Source: Octopus vulgaris
Taxonomy: Eukaryota
Assembly (NCBI GenBank): GCA_951406725.2
Contig: OX597832.1
Span: forward strand, 5,456,001 to 5,520,000
Reading direction: 5' to 3'
DNA length: 64,000 bases
In this document: piece after piece, positions 54,225-64,000 of the stretch
How positions within the stretch are numbered: position 1 is the stretch's first letter
How the letters are laid out: each line of letters begins with the position of its first letter
Translations under genes and position numbers: made by a program
The notes under the pieces: model-generated
The model's database searches: none
The model's input: only the letters and a program-made list of their open reading frames with translations
What the model was told of the DNA's origin: nothing

Positions 54225-54441
54225 AGGCAGCGGGCTGGTGGAATCGTTACCCTACCGAGCAAAATGCTTAGCGGCATTTCGTCTGTCCTTACGATTTGAG
54301 TTCAAATTCCGCTGAGGTCGACTTTGCCTTTCATACTTTCACGGTCGATAAAATGAGTAGCAGTTGAGATCTGGGGTCGATGTAATCGACTTCCCCACCC
54401 CCACCAAAATTGCTGGCCTTGTGCAACAATTTGAAACCAAT
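54225..54441 (+). mobile_element. Family B SINE, full length
   Basis: aaggcagcgggctggtggaatcgtta...gagttcaaattccgctgaggtcgactttgcctttcat...ttgaaaccaata. Confidence 0.9.
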
Positions 54442-54467
54442 ATCTACAGCTCAGTATATATTTGTAT

Positions 54468-55660
54468 TAGGTAGTCCAGAAAGTAATGGCGTTTTTTCGA
54501 TTGTTGACACTTGCCTACAAATAAAATAATTTGCATGGTACAAATAGAGTATACCATGGCATTTTACATAGAGCATATGTTTATTTAAAAGTTTTTAAGA
54601 TCTTATGATTCACTTCCTTCTCGTTACAGGTTATATTAATCAGCTCTTTCAGAAGCATGGACAAGAAAAAACTTTCGTATGATTTTCCTTTATGAGTAGT
54701 ACAAAGAATGGAAAAATGTTTCTGAAACTGCGTGAGACATCAACCAAGTGTACTTGGCCAAGGGTCAGTTCCTGTTCACACAGTTCAGCTTTGGTTTTAG
54801 AGGTTTCGGCGAGGAGATAAGTTTTAATAATCTCGATCATCCAAGAAGGAAACGATTCTTTGGGGACAGCACACTAGCGGAAGCAGTAGAGGAAGATATT
54901 CGAAGACCAGTCTGTAAGCTCGCAATAAAAGTGGGAACAAGTAAATCAGGTATTTCTACTTATTTGCATGAAACTAGAAAAAAGAAAAAGGATGAACCGA
55001 TGGAGGACCAGCAAATTCGCCGTTATGAGATCTATTCGACCCCGTTGTTGAAAAATCACAATGATCCATTTCTTGAACGGATCATAACATGTAATGAAAA
55101 GTGGATTTTTTAAGTCAATAAGAAAAGATCTGCAGCGAAGCATTTCTTAAAGCCTGAATCCCATCAAAAACTATGCATATGACAGTACAGAAGACTACAT
55201 CGGGATTTATTCACTACAACTTCCTGAATTTAGGAGAAACAATCACAGCTGAGAAATCCTGTCAGCAGTTAAATGAAATGCATAATAAGTTGCTCGAAAT
55301 GCAACCAGCATTAGTCAATGGTAAAAGCCCAATTCTCTATGATAACGCCAGTCTACATGTGTTAAGAGTGACGTTTAGAAAGTTTAACGATTTGGAAATC
55401 TAAGTTTTGCCTCATCCACCTTATTTTCCTGACCTGTTTATTACAGGCTTACTTGTTTTCAAACACCTTGACAATTTCATAGTAAATAAACTTCCAAAAC
55501 CAGGCGGCTGCAAATGAAGCTTTTAGGTAGTTTGTTGAATCTAGAAATGCTGATTTCCACAGAAAGAGCATAAATGACCGTGTTACTCGTTGGCAAAAAT
55601 ATATCCAATCACTTGGAAATTACTTCCATAAAATTTGCTGTCTATCAACTGTTATATTTT
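54468..55660 (+). mobile_element. Decayed mariner (Hsmar1/cecropia-like TIR)
   Basis: TA-ttaggtagtccagaaagtaatggcgttttt; relics FLERIITCNEKWIF, GFIHYNFLNLGETITAEK, LYDNASLH, LPHPPYFPDL. Confidence 0.85.
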
Positions 55661-55945
55661 CATTTTAAGGTTTGGGCCTTCAAACCTTACTTGTACTTGT
55701 CATTCAAAGATCCAGACCTATCAAACCGTATCACACCGCTTCCGTCTGAGAATTGCATTAAGGGAACTCATACCTTGAATACTCAACCACATGCACGCTA
55801 CTTCAATGAGCTGGTGGTTTATTCAACTGAATATTTGAACAGTCATGGCAGGGAATTCTGACCGAGATCCGTTAAAAATATATTTGCAACCAAGGGTGGT
55901 GGGATACGCGCTCGCACACACACACACACACACACGTACTCAACA

Positions 55946-56118
<173 letters not shown>

Positions 56119-56234
56119 TTTGTCTCCTAGCAGAGACTTACTCTCCTGATTCATAATATTTGCTCTCATGATTGTGTGGTAGTGGTGGTGATAATAGTAG
56201 TGTTTTGGTTTCTCACCCTAGATAACTTCAGCAA

Positions 56235-56680
56235 AAGCAGTGTCTTAGAATTAGCTTTCTCCTTTCTGGTTTTGAGAAGCCTAATTTCTCAAGATTAGAA
56301 TGTAGGCAGTGTGTTACATATCCCAGGGCCACAATAATTACAGGCATAAACTTGAACTTGTAATCTGGATAGAGTAGCTTTAGATTTCTCAATAGTTCAG
56401 CGTAGGTATTCTCTTTTTCACTGATCTTCAGCTTTATGTTAACATCCGCTGGGCAGCTAATTTCCACAACTGTACACAGTTTCTCTTCTCTATCCCAAAT
56501 AATTATATCAGGTCTGTTGTGCTTATATTTTATTGAGGTCTTCACTGGGACATTCCACCAGTACTCCTTTTTATTATGAGTGGCTATGGCTGTGGGTTTT
56601 TATTTCTTTGTTATCCTTCCGACGGATTTCATTATAGAGTCTTAACTATAGCACCATGCGTCATCGGTGGATAATACCTC
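56235..56680 (-). mobile_element. R4/Dong-like non-LTR 3' fragment (RLE domain)
   Basis: YWWNVPVKTSIKYKHNRPDIIIWDREEKLCTVVEISCPAD...KENTY...PVIIVALG: PD-(D/E)xK endonuclease signature. Confidence 0.85.
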
Positions 56681-57390
56681 CGATTTCTCATCAAAACATT
56701 CAGAAAAGGCTGAACTGGTGCAGAGATCACAAGGGTTGGCCGACAGACCAATAGAAGCAAGTAATATTCTCCGATGAGTCCAGTTTTCTCTTTTCCCCAC
56801 TGCAGGGCCAGTTTATATGTGGAGGCAGCCCGGAGAAGGTTTTAATCCTGACTGCCTTCTTCCTACAGTGAAGCACGGAGGAGGATCTACGATTGTTTGG
56901 GCAGCCATTTCTTGGAATTCTTTTGGTCTAATCGTTGCACTGCATGGTAGGATCAACAGCAATGATTCTCTGAATATTTGGGGAAATCAAATTCTTCCTA
57001 TGGTCCAGACATTCTTCCCTGGTGGTGAGTGCAGCTTCCAAGATGACAATGCTCCAATACACACTTCTCATGTGGTTAAGAATTGGTATGAAGAGCATAG
57101 TAGTGAGCTACAACACATGGAGTGGTCCCCTCAATCTCTAGATCTTAATATTATTGAGCATCTGTGGTGCATCTTGGAACGGCATGTTACAAGTCGTTAC
57201 CCTCTGTAACAGCTGGAGCAGGTTTTGCAAGAAGAATGGATCACGATTCCCCTCAATGAAGTCAGGAAGCTGTGTGAATCAATTTCTATAAGCATCGAGG
57301 CTGTTCAGAAAGCTAAAGGAAGACCAACTCCATATTAAATAGATATTCATTGAATTTAACATGTGTTTCAATTATTTTGTCCAATCTCTG
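56680..57390 (+). mobile_element. Tc1 transposon 3' half (DD34E)
   Basis: VIFSDESSF...LPTVKHGGGS...FQDDNAPIH...WSPQSLDLNIIEHLW...RPTPY*; right end gtttcaattattttgtccaatctctg next to (TATG)n. Confidence 0.9.
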
Positions 57391-57468
57391 TGTGTATGTA
57401 TGTATGTATGTATGTATGTATGTATGTATGTATGTATGTATGTATGTATGTATGTATGTATATATGTA

Positions 57469-57528
<60 letters not shown>

Positions 57529-57564
57529 TGTGTCCGACTGATTAAAATTCTGTTTATTTATTTG

Positions 57565-57650
57565 TGCAGCTGATGATAGCCCTGCATTCAAATTGATGTC
57601 ATGATCGCATTGTTCAATTAAATGGAGCCGCTTGAAGCGGTCGTACTGCA
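57565..57650 (+). ncRNA. Type I hammerhead ribozyme motif, partly decayed
   Basis: tgcag-CTGATGA(57570)-tagc...gctt-GAAG(57634)-cggtcg-TA-ctgca; helix I 5 bp; A15.1 replaced by G. Lies in an about 160-bp island between two (TA)n arrays. Confidence 0.65.
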
Positions 57651-57680
57651 TCACTTGTTGATATCTTGTTGCTTATTTTG

Positions 57681-57716
<36 letters not shown>

Positions 57717-57731
57717 CAGATACACACAGAT

Positions 57732-57768
<37 letters not shown>

Positions 57769-58369
57769 ATCACTCACTCCATTTGGGCCATCACATTGCT
57801 ATGCCATTCGAAGTTTAGCTATACAAAGTATATTACATGAAAATATGTGTCTTTCTTTCCCTCTCTCCACACAAATTTGAAACGTATTAGCTTACCCGAT
57901 TAAAATTTGGGCACGAAAAATTGCTAAAGAAAAGTAAAAACATTGGATACCATTTAAAAACTAGTGATTTTTAAGGGGTATGTAAAAGTTATTTTGTTTC
58001 CCCCACACACACACAAACACTAACGTGGTCTTTATAAGGATTTTGTATCCTCTCTTGTCCAGACTTCGTTACCACTAATTTTAATAAAGGTGCACTTGTA
58101 AAAATTTAATGAAATTTTAAAGAAAGAAACAGCCCCCGTTTTCCTGACAAAAAAGTGTTTTGTGACATATTAGGTCACCGTAATTCATTCATCGGATAAA
58201 GAAAAAGCATTTTCCAATAATTCCGGTTTCCTTCCCCCACCACTTTTTCCGAAGAAAAATAAGGAGTTTGTGGCATATCAGGCATTCGTAATGCATGTCG
58301 TTTAAAAGGTATTTGAAAGATATCCATTTTCTTCAAAGTTACACGGGAAAAACTCGGATCTTGTGAATC

Positions 58370-58830
58370 TTGTGAATTTGCCAGTGAAGCTGGCAAAATT
58401 ACTCGGAGGAGATGGCTTCACCGATATGACTACCGAGGACGTTAATAACGTGATCGAGGGTCACTCAGATCTGTTAACGGATGAAAGTCTGACAGAGATG
58501 ATGAAGTCAGCAAGTGAGGAAAAAGAAGAAGAACAAGAGGATCCAGGGGGAAGTTGTGGGCCTATCACTAGAACGCTTCTCAACTCTAGCAAAAACGGCA
58601 AAAGAACTTCAGAGAATGGCAGAAGATTGGGAACCCTAGATGATTCGTGCTTTGCACTTCAGAAATACAATCGACAGAGATGGAGGTTTATAAAAACCTC
58701 CTTACACGGAAGAGGCAGCGCCAACAACTGCCCATCACTATGTTCCTTACCCGCAAAAAAAAAAGAAAAAAGAGAAGACATGGGTACTCCGAAGAGTGTG
58801 GGGAAAGTTTATAAAAGCTTAAATATATAA
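58370..58830 (+). mobile_element. Tigger/pogo transposase C-terminal relic
   Basis: VKLAKLLGGDGFTDMTTEDVNNVIEGHSDLLTDESLTEMMKSASEEKEEE resembles the acidic Tigger C-terminus (GFxDxxxxDIxELxxSHxxxLTxEDL). Confidence 0.65.
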
Positions 58831-59040
58831 AAATAAAAAACATACATCCTTTTGTCCCCCACCAAAAACCCCTTTATTATTATTTTTCTAAACAACCCCC
58901 GTTTTCGGCTACGGAGAATACGAATCTGCAAAAAAAGTTGGAAAATATCGGCATTTTGAAATTACCCCCACTCCCCAACCCTAATTTCTTCATTTTTAAA
59001 AAGCTTTTTTCAATTTTTTTTTAAATATGCGAAAAAATAC

Positions 59041-59202
59041 GGGCAAAAGCGGCTGTGTGTTAAGTAACTTGCTTACCAACAACATGGTTCTGGGTTCCAT
59101 CCCACTGTGTGGCACCTTGGGCAAGTATCTTCTACTATAGCCTCGGGCCGACCAAAGCCTTGTAAATGGATTTGGTAGGTGGGAACTGAAAGAAGCCCGT
59201 CG

Positions 59203-59272
<70 letters not shown>

Positions 59273-59478
59273 CGTGCGTGTGTTTGTCTCCCCACCATTG
59301 CTTAACAACCGATATTGGTGAATATTATGTCCCCGTAATTTTCGGTTCGGCAAAAGAGACCGATAGAATAAGTACTAAGCTTACAAAGAATAAGTCCTGA
59401 GGTCGATGTGTTCGACTAAAGGCGGTGCTCCAGCATGGGTGCAGTCAAATGACTGAAACAAATGAAAGAATAAAAGAA
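59041..59478 (+). mobile_element. Family A SINE, full length
   Basis: Colinear with 47943-48364, including the internal microsatellite. Confidence 0.9.
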
Positions 59479-59506
59479 TACATACATACATACATACATA
59501 CATACG

Positions 59507-60784
<1,278 letters not shown>

Positions 60785-60788
<4 letters not shown>

Positions 60789-61338
60789 TGGCTGCCCCCT
60801 CGTTATCGAGTATGGCCATTGCACGAAGCTTAATCAATGCTGTTATCGTGCAATGCCTGTGCAAGAAGATTTTTTTAAAGTAAGGAAAGGCTGTACACTG
60901 AGTCAATCCCACTCACTAAGCAACAGCAGCCATAATCCGAAAAGAAGAACAAGTCAACATCATCGGTAACCACTGAGCCGCAGGTTTTATGTCGGAATTA
61001 TTCCAGTTACCTGAGTTACCTTCTCTTAGAAGGATGCCCTAACAAAGGCTAGGAGTCCTTCACTCCCAATGGATTAACCGCGCGATCGGGTATTCAGTCC
61101 GATTATTTCTACGTCCCCGCGCATGATACAGCCTTAAAACATTTATTAGATGGCCGTTGACTCTCAAGAGTTTCCCCGCCCTTTGACGGGTTTTGCTTTT
61201 CATCCCGCAGGGTGTCCAATAAACACCCTCCTCACCAAACAAGCTTGGTGGGGTTGCCGGTTTAGTCGCCGACGACCCGACCATGCCACAGGTTGTACTG
61301 GGTTACATGTTACCAGTAGCACTCGAAAGTGACCTGAC
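60785..61338 (-). mobile_element. RTE-derived non-autonomous element (5'UTR-like + 3' tail)
   Basis: Minus strand has a series of hairpins and gggcatccttctaagagaaggtaactc (RTE 5'UTR-like), and ends ccatactcgataacgagggggcagccacc, similar in layout to the RTE tails at 22060 and 30990. Confidence 0.5.
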
Positions 61339-61715
61339 ATACACACACACACACACACACGCACACGCAAAGTTTGCATCGTCTCTTTCCGTTGGCACAA
61401 GTTGTTTCAAGAACTTCCATTAAATCCCGTATGACTTTCTCTCTTCTTTTAAATGCCATGTGTAGTTGACCAATACCATAACGCTGCACCATTCTAGGTA
61501 CCTAAAAGAGGACCTGTGGTTATTTAGCCACAGCTTAAAGTAGCCCTCCGTTGCTTCAACATATTTCCTGCGTTTCTGGTGCTGCTGTTGTTGCTATTGC
61601 TGCTATTGATGCCGTTGCTGGGGGTCCTACACGTGTACCTGTGGCGCATCGACTACATAAAATATTACTGCTAAAAAAACAAAAACAAAAAATTTTTTAG
61701 TGTGCTTTTTTCAGA

Positions 61716-62241
<526 letters not shown>

Positions 62242-62711
62242 TGTTTATGTGTGTGTATAAAATATTTTTTGTCGTGGTTTAAGTCAATAGACTGTGACTC
62301 CAATACTTTTTCTGGTGCTTATTTTATCGCCCTCATCAGGAGAGGGTGAGGGAAGGAGGAGAAACGGACAGACAGACAGACAAGTCATACTGCCACAAAA
62401 TAGTTTTTAATTCGATGCAAAGGTATTGTTCATTCCACGCCGACACTCACACATGCGCGCGCGCGTGCGTGTCCTCTCTAATGCTCATACGTTGCAGACT
62501 TATATGTCAACACCTGTCTATTCCCATACGCTTTAATTAGTAATGCCAAATATTGGCCGTTCATATAACAATAATTCTCGAAATCGAAATAATACAAACT
62601 TTGGAACTGAATCAATATCAATCATACAGATCCATCTTCCATTAGCTTAGTAAACTGTTTGAAACTATTAACAGCTGAGTATTACCCAGGTTCATTGAAT
62701 TCCAAGTTGTT

Positions 62712-63037
62712 TGTATGTATGTATGTATGTATGTATGTATGTATGTATGTATGTATGTATGTATGTATGTATGTATGTATGTATGTGTATGTATCTAATG
62801 TATGTATGTGTGTATGTGTGTATGTATCTAATGTATGTATGTATGTATGTATGTATGTATGTGTGCACGTGTGTACGTTTGTACGTATGTATGTATGTGT
62901 GTATGTATGGTTGTATGTATGTATGTATGTACGTGTGTATGTATGTGTGTATGTATGTATGTATGTATGTACGTACGTACGTACGTATCTATGTATGTAT
63001 GTATGTATGCATGCATGCATGCATGTATGTATGTATG

Positions 63038-63069
<32 letters not shown>

Positions 63070-63094
63070 TGTATGTATGTATGTATGTATGTAT
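62712..63094. repeat. Long degenerate (TGTA)n microsatellite
   Basis: Direct reading; source of the MYVC/HTYI ORFs. Confidence 0.95.
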
Positions 63095-63158
63095 ATCACT
63101 TTGATTTATCTGTCTACATCCGCATACATAAATATACATTTACGTTCATACATACATA

Positions 63159-63310
63159 CGAGAATCGACTGAAAAGTTCATAGGCTACCAAGATAATCTC
63201 ATGGAATGTGATCAAACGAGGCTTATTTTTCAACACAGTCCCCCTTGCAGTCCACGCACTTCTCCCAGTAGTGTTGCAGTGCTTGGATTCCATTGGATCT
63301 CATTGGTGAA
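63159..63310. mobile_element. Mariner (Hsmar2/irritans-like) terminal fragment
   Basis: TA-cgagaatcgactgaaaagttcatagg TIR-like start; ttatttttcaacacagtcccc is the reverse complement of the C-terminal GDxVEK* motif. Confidence 0.6.
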
Positions 63311-64000
63311 AAAGCCGAAGTAGAAGACACCACGTCTATGGACCAGAAGTTGGAATCTATGAGTGAAAGACTTCATTGCTTTTTTCTTAATATGGTCTAG
63401 GACGACTGTATATTTCAGAAGCATATCATCTACTATTGAGGTGTAGTACCCCACCATGGGTCTAACTTGAGTTTTGTTGGAGACTGAAGTACTTTTTGGC
63501 TCTAAAGAGGATCTTCAGTAGTTGTTGTGATTGAGTTCAATAAAGGGGAGTTCAATAAAGGAATAAAGGAATACTAGTAGCATAGCTAGTAGGGGAGGGG
63601 GTAGTTGGCCCCAGGCGGCACTATTATGGGGTGGAACTTTTTGGTCTGCTGTATAAGAATGTATAGGCTTGGGATCCTGGGAGAGAATTGCTCGTCAAGC
63701 TCAAGGGTTGCCCTGGATGCGAATTTTTTTTTTCCCCACGAGAGTTCCGCACCCCAGTAAAGTACTCATTTGTATGCAACCAATCAGGGTTAACAAATGT
63801 TGGCATTCAAAATGGTGACCTCCGATTACCATGCGAATCTTGTATTGTGCTCATTCAGATGCCAATATCATCGATACTGTGCACATAGACTTGTTAGTGG
63901 TGTGTTTGAATTACTCTAGCAATCAAAGATAATGTTTTGGCCGAATATGAAAGTATGGGAAACTGCTTTTATAAATACACTAATGTCAATATTCTGAAAA

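Overview
AT-rich, microsatellite-dense animal genomic DNA, intergenic or deep intronic. The SINE families resemble those I recall from octopus/coleoid cephalopods, but that is recognition from memory and was not verified by search. I find no supportable host protein-coding gene. Every interpretable ORF is a decayed transposon relic (mariner, Tc1 IR/DR, Tigger/pogo, possible hAT, RTE/BovB-type and R4/Dong-type LINEs); the others are mostly microsatellite translations or short unassignable ORFs. The non-coding fraction holds tRNA-derived SINEs of about four families, Tc2-like and fold-back MITEs, and Helitron ends. The most notable unannotated signal is a set of five good and one or two degenerate type I hammerhead ribozyme motifs (CUGANGA ... 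GAAA-palindrome-GUH). They have unrelated helix sequences and unusually large helix II loops, and each lies in a short non-coding island next to (TA)n/(CA)n-type repeats. This pattern suggests several non-autonomous Penelope-like (pLTR/retrozyme-like) families. Also notable are a recent-looking template-switch mosaic at a truncated Helitron (45.7-47.0 kb), several long hairpin elements, and an unexplained CpG-rich structured island at 16.1-16.3 kb.
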